A stretch of 64,000 nt of DNA from the human T2T-CHM13v2.0 reference genome, Homo sapiens: assembly GCF_009914755.1 (NCBI RefSeq), contig NC_060940.1, one strand, 5' to 3'. Both the position numbers and the translations under genes were made by a program. The notes below the pieces were generated by a model, which did no database searches, was not told the origin of the DNA, and saw nothing but the letters and a program-made list of their open reading frames with translations. This document shows positions 27,416-40,640 of this stretch, piece after piece; the stretch's first letter is position 1, and the number at the start of each line of letters is the position of its first letter.

Positions 27416-29018
27416 AGACTCCTTCTCACAGAGCTCAGCATCTGTGGGATTTTTCATAACAGCATGGCCTGTGGCAATAGAACCCCCTATCTTTCAGGGC
27501 AAAGATGCTAATGTAAAAATTTACAATTTACATTGTCAATGCCCCTATACAGAGAACTCCCTATCTTTACAGTTCAAATGGTTTCCATTTATTCATTTAT
27601 ATATCCATTTATCATCTTTTACATCTCATGAAAAAAACATTAAAATAATAAAAGTAAATAAATAAACTAATAATTAAAGCAATATAATTGCTAAATTTCT
27701 AATAAAAATTTTACTTGAAGAGGATATTATGAAGAAAAGGGAATGAGAAGATCCTAATGGGCACTTCCCTTTGGCAACAATGAAGCCAGTGGAACTATGA
27801 GGAGAACAGAAAGAGCTCACCTCCGTGCTGGCGAATGGCAGAAATACTGTTGACGTTAGAGTCTCAATGGACAGTGTGTTTCTTTAAAGGAAATTTCTCT
27901 CTCATAGTTCACCTCATCTCATAGTTCACCGATGAGGTGAAACTTCTTCCAGCACATTTTGTTCAATTTCTTCTGGTCATGTTTTCTGCAAATCTCTATT
28001 TAATGTGACATTTCTCCTCCCTAAACTTTTAGGAATGCCTGCTATCTATAGAATCAGGTTATGTATGTATGCTTATGATTACATCTCTTTTGTTAACAAA
28101 ATTTTATATGAGGATAACTCATGGAGGTTAAAGCTTTGCATAATTCCAATTCTTGCAGAAAATGGGAGTATTATAATTCACATACACCAAGTTGTTTTTA
28201 AAAAATGAAAGAGAGAAATAAAGAGTGTTTTCAGTTACATTTTATTTTTCTGACACCAAAAGCATTTATTTCCCTTTCTGCTGGGCTGCCACCTGTCCCC
28301 AGCAGATGTTTTTTTATTAATCCTTTAGTGGTGTCCATTGCCAGCTCATTACCTGAATTCTCCGGGTTCTTAGCAGGAAAACTTCTCTTTCCTGAAGTCA
28401 TTCTTTTCTCTGTCTCTCTCTCACTGTCTCTGTCTCTGTCTATCTCTCTCTCTCCCCCTCTCTCTTTCTTTCTTTCTTGTTTTCTCTTTGCCATTTTAGT
28501 TCCTCGGTGTACTCATCTTTATTTTTCAGAGTACATTAGTGGAAGGGAATGAAATTATCAAATCTTTGTTAATCTGTAAAATTGGCTTATGTTCTCTTCA
28601 GAAACACTGCCTCCTTCTCTGTGATTGGTTTCCTGACCCAGAGGAAAATAGTCTGACAAAGAAAGCTATAAGAAAACTGAACTGCTTTATAATTATGTCA
28701 CATCAAATTACTTATTTAAAATATAATGGCAGTTTCGCATTTATCTTCACTTCCTTCCAAATTACATCAGTTTCAAGAATATTCTCCGATCACTATCCCT
28801 GTTTTGTCTATCTTAGGGATTATACAGTGTGGTCATGAGGGCAAGTGCTTCTGTATCCAGCTTATTAAAGATAACTCTCTTAATGTCCTCATATCCCCAT
28901 GAAGGAATATTCATTCATTCCCAACCCCATGGAAAACAATGTGATTTCTATGTGTGTTATCTATTGTTTCTGAAGCAGAAAAGGCAAGAGATATAGTTAA
29001 TTATCACCTCTTAATCCC

Positions 29019-29336
29019 TTTTATTTTATTCATTTTTCTTCTATTTTAGAGACAGGGTCTCTTTCTGTCACACAGGCTGAAATGCAGTGGTGCAATCACA
29101 GCTCACTGCAGCCTCAAACTCCTGGGCTCAAGCAATCCTCCCACCCCAGCCTCTGGAGTAGCTGATACCACAAGTGTGCCACCATTTCTAGCTTAGTTTT
29201 TGTTTTTTCCTTTTTTTGTAAAAATGAGGTCTCCCTATGTTGCCCAGGCTGGTCTTGAACTCTTGGCCTCAAGCAATCCTCCTGCCTCAGCCTCACAAAA
29301 TGCTGGAATTATAGGCGTGAGTCACCAAGCCTAGCC
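29019..29336 (-). mobile_element. AluJ inside a MIR
   Basis: 'gctcactgcagcctcaaactcctgggctcaagcaatcctcccac', 'tatgttgcccaggctggtcttgaac'. Confidence 0.93.
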
Positions 29337-29698
29337 TCTCAACCCCATTTGAGCTACATTAGTATGTGATCTTGAGCTAATTAACTAACTTCTCTAAATT
29401 TTATATTTCTAATAGACAAAAGAGGGATACATAATACTACACCTCATATAAGAATGTCAGAGACTTAGATAGAAAACTTCGGTCAAAGACACCTGGTACG
29501 TCACTTGCTGTATGATGGGTAATTAATAAGCTTTAGATTCTCTTGCCTCATATTTCTTCCACAGTCTTTTGATACCCTTCTATAAAGATCTACCCCACTG
29601 TTCAAGCCAACCCTCTGACTTTGTTTCAGTATGTTCTGGTTTCTTCTCAGGATTTACTAAAATAATGAATATAAATGATAATACCAAATCCTTACAAA

Positions 29699-30037
<339 letters not shown>

Positions 30038-30052
30038 ACAAATCTTTTTTTT

Positions 30053-30270
30053 ATTCTTGCCTTTTTTTTTTTTTTTTTTTTAGACAGGGTCTCACTCTGT
30101 TGCCCAGGGAGTGCAGTGGCACGATCTTGGCTCACTGCAACCTCTGCCTCTTGGGTTCAAGTGATCCTCCTGCCTCAGCCTCCTGAGTAGCTGGGATTAC
30201 AGGCACGAGCCACCATGCCCAGCTAATTTTTGTATTTTTAGTAGAGACAGCATTTCACCATGTTGGCCAG
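30053..30270 (-). mobile_element. 5'-truncated older Alu (AluS/J) adjacent to the AluYb8
   Basis: T tail followed by 'agacagggtctcactctg...caccatgttggccag'. Confidence 0.92.
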
Positions 30271-32289
30271 ACAATTCTTAATAATCAAATAGTTTTTATT
30301 ATATTTATATTACATAGACACTCATGTCTCTCTATTTTCTTGGATAAGTCTCTTTTGAGGGAGAAAAAAAATGCTTCTTGAACCAATTGATTCATCAGCC
30401 AATGGAACGTCCTACATCCCAGTTGGCAAAGTTTTGGCTCAGATCATGCAGAAAATAGAGAATGGGGAGATCTGTGGCATGAAGACAGAAAAGGTGGATT
30501 ATTGAAATCAAATTTTTCCATATTTTTCTTATCATTACAATATCTGCAGCTCCCTGGGAACATGCTCAAAGGCTTGATGTGAAATGAACAGATGTCCTGC
30601 CTTTTAATTTAATTTCTGCTTAATTTTATGCAAAGACTAACCGTTTTTCTTAAGTCATTTTTATTACAGTTCATACAAGAAAGAGCTCTTGCAAGTAATT
30701 ACTTCATAAAACTTGAGGGAATAAATCACAGAACTTCAGGATTAATAGGGAACGCAGGCATGAATCTTCCTTACATGCCAGGAGAGAACCTCCTGAAATA
30801 ATATGCTAAAATCATAGAATGCTAAAAGAAAGACCAGAGTAGAATGAAAGATCATCTTTTCCAAATGCTTAATTTTGTCTCCTGAAGAACCTAAGCCCCA
30901 AATAACTCAGATAAGTTACCCATGTTCCACAGTTGATGTATGTCTTTAAACCTGGGCCAATACGTGCACTGGGTCCTCACAAACACTGGGGGGCAAATAT
31001 CATTAAACTCTGGGAACCAAAGTTATGCAACTTGCCAACAGACCTAAACAGTCATTGGCTACAAGAAGACTAAAGATACAAACCTCATAGGTATTGATGG
31101 GAGTGCAGATAAATAAACAGAAAATGTACATGTATCTGGTTTTTTATTGGTGTTCAATATTGTATCAAGTATGTTGTAAACATTATGTTAACCTCCGGAG
31201 GGCCATTTCTACTGCCGTCCTCTCAGAAGCATTAGAGTATTCTAAAATGACAGTTGAAAGGCAGGGAGGGTCAGTGTTGTTGGATCCAGGCACAGATATT
31301 GGGATTGACCCCTTGGGGCAGCCAAGAAGAAACAGGCGGTTGTTGGCTCTGTTAAAAAATGCTTGCTACAGTTCAACATTTAGGATTTAGCTCTGATTCC
31401 TTGGAGACCTCTGTTTCACTTCAAGATAATTTCCCTCAAGCATACATGGGGGAAAAGAAATTTCTGAAAAAGCATATCGGCCCAGTCATATTTCCTAGAG
31501 TGTAAGTATTTTTCAAAATTAACTGAACTGTCAATTTACTCTAAAAGATGGCTATTAGGAACTTAACTGTAAAGTTACAGACAGTTGTCAGAAGCACAAT
31601 AAAGTGAACAATCAATTTGGTTAGACTTTACTTGGAAGACCTTCTTACATTGAGAACTTTGCCTCTGCCACTTATTAAGACAGAATAATTAGGACTATAT
31701 ATCCAAAATTGCCCTTCCTGAAAATCTAGTTCAATGCATAAGTTCCACATTTGCAAAGGCTCAAAAGAGTAAAGTGATTTCCAAAGATTTTATTTCTTAG
31801 CACAAAAAATATTAGGACACATCACTTATTAGTCAAATCCACAGCTACATTCACCCATGCTTTCTCTTCAAATGTTAGCTACAAATGAGAAAGAGAGACA
31901 CAGAGTAAGAGAAAGGCTTTCATGAAAAACGGAAGCAAAACTGTCAACATTTAAGGATGCTGAATCAGGGTAGAAGCAAGGGAAGATGATTAAGAAGAAG
32001 CATTTTCGTTGTTAAATGGAAAATGAGGAAGAAAATATGAAGTCAAGGTGTCTAAAGATATTCATAACTTTAAGAAGAAGGACTAATTAACAGTCTCAAC
32101 TTTGACAGTGAAGAAAATGATCGATAGGATAATGGACTGAAGATATATTTAATAGAAGGTTGTCTTGCTTTCTACTCTTTACCATCCCATTTAAAGTTTG
32201 GAGAGGGTGGCAAGGGACAGGAGGAAAGCATAAGTGGGTGGAAAAGTGAATATGTGTAGGTATTTTAGGAGCTCGCTAGTCTAACCATA

Positions 32290-32485
32290 GAAGGCTGTCA
32301 CTCAGACACAGCCAGTTGTATGCAGGGGTGGTGTCCTAGTTTTGCCAAGTTGTCTAACGGTTCATGAGAAACAGAAAATCTGGATTATTTAGTGATATAT
32401 TTCATTGTCTCTAGAAACGTGTATCAATGAAATAAAACATACTCCTCAGTTAATTCAGCTTGTAGATGACAAGTTTGAGCACTCG
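32290..32485. mobile_element. MER102-like hAT-Charlie fragment, flanked by L2-like sequence
   Basis: 'tgagaaacagaaaatctggattatttagtga...aataaaacatac...aagtttgagcactc'. Confidence 0.5.
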
Positions 32486-33309
32486 ATGCATTGTTGTGAG
32501 CATGTGGCAGTTTAAAATAAAATCTGCTAATATTCTGCTGGCCAGATTATCTTTCCCTTTGTATCTACGAAATGACTTCCAGCAAAAATCAGAAAGCCAA
32601 GGGTAAAAACCCAGGTAACACTAATATTTAAGGCAAGGGAGAGAGATCTAAAAGAAAACAGAGTAGTAAGATAGAAATAAAAAGACCGATAGAAAATGAA
32701 GACTGGAACGTTTAAGGAAATAGGTGTAACGAACTGCATCAAATTCAGCTAACTATTCTTATAAGCAGAGATTGAAAAATAATCATTCAGCTTCTCAAGC
32801 ATTAGCACATTGATAACCTTGATGGGTACTATGTAAATAGCTTGATGTTAACAGAATGAGATTTCTAAGTGTTTGGAACAAAAATGAGATTACAGAATAG
32901 ACAGAAATTCTGAGTATCACTTTATGAAATAAAGCTATTTGTAACTGTCCACTCTGTCTTCCCCTCACATGGGTTCCATGATTTCCAGAGCTTTTAGATT
33001 AGAAAGAGACTTGACCGATGAATATTGTCAAGGAGAAAGACCCTGGGCTTTTAACAAATTAATTTGGCTAGAACAAAGATGATATTAAAGAGACTAGCAA
33101 GAGATAAGGGGATGAAAAGCAACTGATGTCAGCCAGCAGAGGAATTGAAATGTCATTCTCAAAATTTCAACCTTAGCACATTAACAAGTTTTTTTTACTG
33201 AGCAACCTCCATTTCATTGTGTGAAACATTTGACAACAAACATTTATAATTCTTATAGTGATATAGGTTTTCTCACCATCTTTACAATGAGTATAATATT
33301 AAGATATTC

Positions 33310-33680
33310 TGTAGTACCCACACTTAGTGACCTATACCAAATCTCGAAGATCAACCTTTGGTTTCAGCTGCAGCCGGGGCAGGCAGTTCCCACGCATTCC
33401 AAGACTGCTGCATCTGAAATTTCTGCTATATCTCTCAGTTTTTCTACTTCAGATATTTTTGCAAATGCTCAGGAGCTTGCTTAGCTGATTCATTGAACAG
33501 CACAAACATGTAAGGGAATTGACATACCTAGTGGCCAGCTTCTACCAATGGAGAATGGAAATGATAAACAAATGTCTCCTATCTCTTATCCTTCAAAGTG
33601 ATGCTTTCTACATGGTACTTCAGAAGCCATCTGTAGGATTTAGCTCCATCCACAGTGGGAACTAAGTCCTTTACTCAGGC
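33310..33680 (+). mobile_element. LTR16-family ERVL solo LTR
   Basis: 'tgtag...cagctgcagccggggcaggcagttcccacgca...agggaattgaca...taccaatggagaatggaa...cacagtgggaac'. Confidence 0.65.
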
Positions 33681-36600
33681 TTTGCTGTCAGAATGGTTCC
33701 TTAGGTAGAACGGCATCCAACCTTCAGAACATCCTGTTTCACTGAGGTGTCCATCTTCTTTGCACTATGTCAGGGCAACTCTTCACACAAGGGAAACTGA
33801 AGATTTAGCGGAAAAACAAAGAGAGACTTCCTGAGGTTTTTCAGGGAAAAAACAGTTGGCAGAATGTGGCAGAATAGAGTGGAAATAGGGATCCCCTTGG
33901 GGGTCGGGGAGGGGAGGCGTGTTCCTCATCACGCAGCTTCCCAACTGAGAAACCTTCTGTAGACCTCACACGGAAGAAGTTGGTTCTCTAACTTTGCCCT
34001 TTTAAAATGTACCTCTCTTCCTTTGGGAAAATCAGCCTCTTGGGTCCTATAGTTTACTGCATTTTCCCAAGATAGTCATTGTTTCCATTGCGGTTTCAGC
34101 AGTATTTTTGATGTTTGACAGTTCAAACTAGCCTGACATTTCCAAAGCCACATACAATGAGAAAACAGCTGAGTACTTGGTTTTACAAGTATTTTCAAAG
34201 AAAAGAGAGGCATTTGCTTCCAGCTTTGTCATTCCTTATCTTAATGAGCCTTTAATTGATAGATCAACCAAGGAAAACTTATGAGATTTTGCTGTTAAAC
34301 TTAATAAAGGTTTTACAAATGGATTTGACACACTGTTTGAATGCCCGCTTAAAATAGTGAATCATTTGAGACCAGGGAAGAGAGTTATTAAAAGAAACAT
34401 TGGGGCATGGAAGGGCAAAACACCTTTGGAAAGCTACTTGAAACAAAACGTTTAAATAATGAGTAGTACAAAATTCTATATACTGGAAGCATGACCTATG
34501 TGAAATAATAATCATATAATTCATGTGATTACGGATATCATCATATATGGGCCTTCGCCAAAGAGCTTAGGATAAAAATACATAAAATAAAGACAAAGTG
34601 ATTATTTTCAGTCAGTTTGTTTTCTAGGAAGGTGGATCTTGTGAAATGAAAAACTATTTTATGCTACTGGATTTGGAATGTATGAAGGTAGGCCTGGAGC
34701 CAATTATAGCAGAAAGTGTGCAGAAGTGAATTATTGTTTTTTATTAAGAGGACTCGAGTAACTCCCTGTCGATTCATGCAGGAGTGAGGGTAGAAGAGAA
34801 ACAGGAAAAGAGGGTAAACATCTTGAGGTGATTTGAAGGTGGGCGATTACAACAAAAAATAGTTTAAATGCTTTCATGTTGTTGTAATCAAATTTTATTT
34901 TTAAGGCCAAATCCTTGTTCATGTTGAAGTTGTTTTGTTGTGATATAATCCAATTTCCTATTATGTTCTATTTCTAAAAATCATAGTAGAAGTCCGTTCT
35001 GCCATATTCCATAATATCTATTACACTACACAATACCTTCTGTAAAAGGGACATTTTAAGGGATCTGGGAAATGGAATTCATTTGATACTTTTCAGAATA
35101 GAGACAGCACGCACAGAGGCTGGCATGGGAGCAGAATAATCCAGAAAAGGAGCTCGCTAACCGTCCTTATTGTCTTCCCCAAATATGTTTGCTAAAACAT
35201 ACCTACTGTAGGGCTTTGATTTTACGCAAAGATTAAAAGAGGGGATTTAGTAGATGTTTTCATGATCTGACCCTCTGAAAAGGGTCAGAAGACTCTAGCT
35301 GACATGTGAGTTATGCAGATATTAGCAACGTGAAATACATAGTAGTAGTTAAAAAACAAAACAAAACAACTAACCAGAAATTATTTTCCCTACTTCCTAG
35401 GGCTATTATGAACTTCAACTGCTAACTGTAATGAGGTTTAGTATGGAAAACGCAGGACCATAGACTCAGAGTTAGAAAGACATCTAGTGTAGTAGTTAAT
35501 TTAAAGATTATTGCTGCTTTTATTGAAGAGTTGTACAGTTTATGGGATTTTACATAGAACTATGCCCCTCCCCACAACCCCAGAAAAAAGTGGTGACCTA
35601 TTTTATTGAAGCACTTCTTGTGACTTCGGGGAACTCAATTTGAGATTTATCAACACAATTCCATATTCATATTTATAGACAGAGAAATAGATAAACATGG
35701 TTTGTTCAAGTGTGTACAACCTGTGAGGGGTGGAAGTGAGCTTAGAAACCAAATTATCTCAGACCTAATACAAGACTTCCTCTATTACGGTACTACGTCT
35801 ATCTTACATAAGATCTACATAGATTATAAGCAATTGACTCAAGGCCTTTTACATTTTTGTTTATTCCTGCTCCCGAAACTACCAACTTTAAATACTTTTT
35901 TTATATTTGAATTCTTTAGACATGTTTTTCAGTTATATAATCATTATAATTTCCTGACCACCACCACAACTTGTAGCACCACTACCACCACCATTGTCCT
36001 TCTCTCCATTTCGCAAATCACCTTTTATTTCTATTCCCTTTCCCATGAATGGTTGCTGCCAAAAAAATCTTTTGTTTCACTGGCAGCAAATGGTGGATAA
36101 TGATATGAAAATAAATCAAGAAAGAGCTAGAATGTTTTGCATGAAAAAATGAAACAATATTCTCAGAAGGAGAATGAAAATTATTGCAAAGAAGAATAAG
36201 CTTTAAATAATTAATTGTGGTCAGAGAAAAGAGATGGATGGGTGAGAAACTTGAAGAAGAGATCTGGACAAAAGTAGGGCAAAAACACAGCTACTAAAGA
36301 AAGTAAAACATTTGATTCAATAGGGAAATTAAAAATAGTGAAGGTTATGACCATGGCCAGTATTGGGGATGCATTGTCATTTTCCTGTATTTTCCTTATC
36401 TATCTTTTTCTTATGAATTATATGATTTGGTCACAGTGAAGTTCTAGACCAACAATAGATTAAATCAGTCTGGTCTGTGATTTTATAGAAGGCAGATCTT
36501 ATAATGATAATAAAACAATACAACTAGGGAATAACTTTGGCTCTTAAAGAGAAGAGGGACAAGAGGAGTTGATTGGGACAAGAGAACCATGAGTGACCTC

Positions 36601-38049
36601 TCTGTCCTGCTAATCCTCTAATGCTTCTTCATGAATTTTTTACTCCAAGCCTGAGGGAAAGAAAATCTAATGTTTTATTTCACTAATATTACTGTATATA
36701 CTGAGGTCTCCAAATATTAGAGAACACCACAGTTTATAAAATCCAAAGCTCTTTATAATTTGAACTTAACATAATCTATGTTTAGTCAGAGCACACAGTG
36801 ACTGGAAAATGAAAGAAACAAAATTGACACATTTGGGAGATAACAAAGGTAAAATTATCCATCACACTCTGGACACTTTTTCCAGTACGGAATGTGTTGT
36901 TTCCCCTATTGCACAGATGAAAAAAACTGAGGCTTAGGTTGGTTAAGAATAAAGTCTATGGAAAATCAACTGGTAGTTTTGGAGTCTAGATGAGTGAATG
37001 AATAGAGGTTTTATTGTCTTGGCTGACAACCAGCTGCTGCACAACGCATTATGACAACCAAGAGAGTAGTCAAAGAGCCAGAAATTATTATTATAGACAT
37101 TATGAGGTATGTTATATTGTAATATCACTGACTTGTCTGCAGTTGGTTTTTAATTCCTTTTATAATGCCATAGGAAATTTTAGAACAACATTTGAAAGTG
37201 TGCTACAAATACAAAAGCTGAAATGCTAAATTGCTGAAGAAAAATCGTCAGTAATTCCCAGGTATTCTTTAAGTTTTCAAAATTGCCCCAGAATCAGTCT
37301 CTCTTTAGCTTTGTCTGTTCCGAGAGGATGGATTACACCCTCCATTGAGAGAGTTTCAGTCATTACTGTCTCCAGGACATGATGCAGCAGAAACCCAGCG
37401 TTTTCTTTAGAAGCTGTGTTTATTAATTACAACAAAGCACAGGACAGAACTGATGTTCCAGGTTTTGAGAAGTCTCTTAGCACCGCATTTGCCCCATTAT
37501 CACAGGTAATAAAGCCAGTTTACAGAAAGCAAAAGGCAAATATTCCAGTGAGTCAGAATAAAATAGAAGGACATTTAGTCAGCTCTCAAATTAGCAACTG
37601 TTTATTTTTATTTTTTCAGTTTTGCACATAATGCTCTTACTACTGTGTCTTTAAAGGGGAAGTATTTATTTTACATCCTGTTAGTGGGAGTGTAAATTGG
37701 TACAGCACTTCTCCAGATCTGTGGGAAACATGAATGAAATGCCTACCAAATGTTTGTATATCTTGACCTAGTAATTCTAATTCTGTTCCTAGCAAATTTA
37801 TCCTGAGTTGAATATCAGATATTTTAATCAACATGTATGTACAATGGTGTTTATTACATCAATAATTATCATGGTTATAACACTGTAAATAACCCTTACA
37901 AAATTAGACATAGAATTTAAGAAAACTATATTTAAAAACTCAGTTATGTGAAAATACTGAATGGCATGAGAAATGAAAATGTAAAATAGAGCTTAAGATA
38001 ACATATTTGATATATTATACTAAAATGCTGTAGTGTAGTTATAAGCTCT

Positions 38050-38113
38050 CTGTGTGTGTGCTGTGCTGTGCGTGTGTGTTGTGCTGTGTGTGTGTGTGTA
38101 CATGTGTGTGTGT
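38050..38113. repeat. Interrupted (TG)n microsatellite
   Basis: Read directly from the sequence. Confidence 0.92.
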
Positions 38114-38337
38114 GCTGAGTATCCCTCATCTGAAATACTTTGGACAGAAAGTGTTTCAAGTTTTGAATTTTAATAAATTTCAAAATATCTGCATGATACT
38201 TGTCAGTTCAGGATCCCTAATCCCAAAATCCAAAATCTGAAATGCTCTAATGATCATTTAATCATTTCCTTTCAGTTTTGTGTCAGAGCTCAAAATATTT
38301 CAGATTTTGATTTTGTATTTTCAGATTAGGAATACTC
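38113..38337 (+). mobile_element. Tigger4a/MER46-type MITE
   Basis: 'tgagtatccctcatctgaaatactttggac...atccctaatcccaaaatccaaaatctgaaatgctc...tcagattaggaatactc'; ends are inverted repeats. Confidence 0.85.
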
Positions 38338-38779
38338 TCCCTCTTTCTCTCTTCCTCCCCCCCATATATATACCCACACACATATATACACACATATATA
38401 TGTACACACATGAATGTACACACACATGCACATACACATATATATATAAAGATTTTACTATATATAGATATATAGATAGGTTATTTATATATCTAAACAC
38501 ATATTAAGATTATAATATTAATAATCTAATGTTATAGTAAACTTCATTTGGATAAAACTATGTAAAAAAGTAAACAAAAGTAAAGAAATGACCAGAAAAT
38601 AATATTAGTTATAGTTATTGGTAGTTGAATTTAGAGATGACTTGTATTTCTTTTTTATTTTTTAACTATGGGTATATTTTCTGAAGCAATCAGAAAAAAT
38701 AGTTTTCCGACTAAAAATAACAATCATAATTACTGTAAAGAAGTTACTCAAGATAATAGGATTTTTTAAAAAATGAAGA

Positions 38780-40195
38780 AACAGACTAATAGACCAACCA
38801 AATAGAATACAGATCCCAGAAGTAAATCCTCACATATGTGGTCAAATAATTTTCAATAAGTGTATCAAGACAATCAAGTTGGGAAAGGACAGTCTTTTAA
38901 ACAAACTCTCGGGAAAACCGTATATACATAGGCCAAAGAGTAAAATTGGACCCTTACCATACACCACACAAAAAATAAGCCAAAAATGGATCAAAGATTT
39001 AAATGCAGGACCTAAAACTATTAAAGTCTTAGAAGAAATCATATGGAAAAACTTGATGACATTAAATTCGCAATGATTCCTTAAAGGTGGTACCAAAAAC
39101 ATGAGCAACAAAAGTTAAAACAGAAAAAAATGAACAACATCAAACTTAAGTCTTCTGGTCATCAAAAGATAACAGTCAATGCAGTAAAAAGGCAACCTAC
39201 AGAATAAAAGAAAATATTTCCAATTCAAATACTTGACAAAAGGTTAATAACCAGAATATATAAAGAACTCCCACAACTCAACAACAACAACAAAACATAT
39301 AACTCAATTTAAACATAGGCAAATGACTTGAATAGACATTTCTCCAAGGAAGATATGCAAATAATCAAAAAACATGAAAAGTTGCTCAACATCACTAACC
39401 ATCAGGGAAATGCAGATCTAAACCACTTTGATATGTCACATCTGAATAGATTCCATTATCATTGGAATGGCTACTGTAACAAACAACAACAAAAAACCCA
39501 GAAAATAACAAGTGTTATGGAGATGTGGAGAAATTGGAACCCTAGGGCACTGTTGGTGGGAATGTAAAATGGCACTGCTTCTACGGAAAACATCATGGCA
39601 ATTCCTCAAAATATTAAAAATAATATTACCACATGATTTAGCAATTCCACTTCCTGGTACATATCCAAAAGACGTGAAAGCAGGATCTCAAATAGATATT
39701 TGCACAACCACGTTCACAGCAGCATTATTCACAGTAGCCAAAAGGTGGAAGCAACTCACACGTCCGTCAAAATGAATGAATGGGTAAAATGATGCGGTAT
39801 ACACATTCCATAGAATATTATTCAGCCTTTAAAACAGAAGGATGTTTTGACACCTCTACAACATGAGTGAACCTTAAAGACATTGTGCTAAGTGAAATAA
39901 GACAGTCACTGGAAGAAAAATACTGTAGGACTTCACCTACAGATTTCTGGAGTTTTCCAGAGCAGGCAACTCACAGAAACAGAAAGTGATTAAATGGTGG
40001 TTGCCAGAAGATGGGAAGAGAGAGAATTGGGGAGTGTTGTTTAATGGGTCTAGAGTTTCAGTTTTGTAAGATGAAACAGTCCTGGAGGTCTGTTGCACAA
40101 GAATGTGAATATACTTAACACTGTTAAATCGTGTGCTTAAAGATGGGTGAGATGGCAAATGCTATGTTATATATAATTTACCAGAATTCCAAAAA
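38780..40195 (+). mobile_element. L1MB-type element, 3' ORF2 and 3'UTR
   Basis: Broken ORF2 frames ('GKDSLLNK', '[10 protein letters not shown]', 'HCWWECK'); L1MB-like 3'UTR. Confidence 0.92.
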
Positions 40196-40199
40196 GAAG

Positions 40200-40640
40200 A
40201 GGAATAAGGGGTGAGTAGGGAGAGCCTCTCTGAGGCAGGAACTTGGGAGCAGAGACCTCAGTTTGAAGATAAAGTCATGAAGAGATCCAGAAGAACTTTC
40301 CTGGATGCAAGAACAGAAAGGGAAGGGCTCTGGGATAGGACCAGGTGGGTGTGTTGAATAAGAGATGTCAGTGCTGGAGCATAAGGAAGCAAGAGAGGTA
40401 GTAGAGGTGAGGTCAACGAAGGCGTCAAGGTCAAAATTTTCCTATATTGTAGAATATGCAAGGAGGCTGGATTGCATTTTAAAAATAATTTTTAAAAGCA
40501 ACAGAAGTTTTAAGGAAAATGGTCTAATTTGATAGACTTCTTTGATCTCTTGCTAATGTGAAAAGGGTTTTATGAGAGCAAGCACAGAAACAGAAACTCC
40601 AGTGAGGAGCTGTTTTATTATTCAAAGCCAGAGTAAGAGG
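40200..40640. mobile_element. L2 fragment
   Basis: 'gcctctctgaggcaggaacttgggagcagagacct...gtcagtgctggagc...ccagtgaggagctg'. Confidence 0.6.

Noticed and set aside
35702-36100. 132-aa ORF
   Set aside because: Non-ATG start, overlaps MIR-like sequence and an (ACC)n tract, no recognisable domain.
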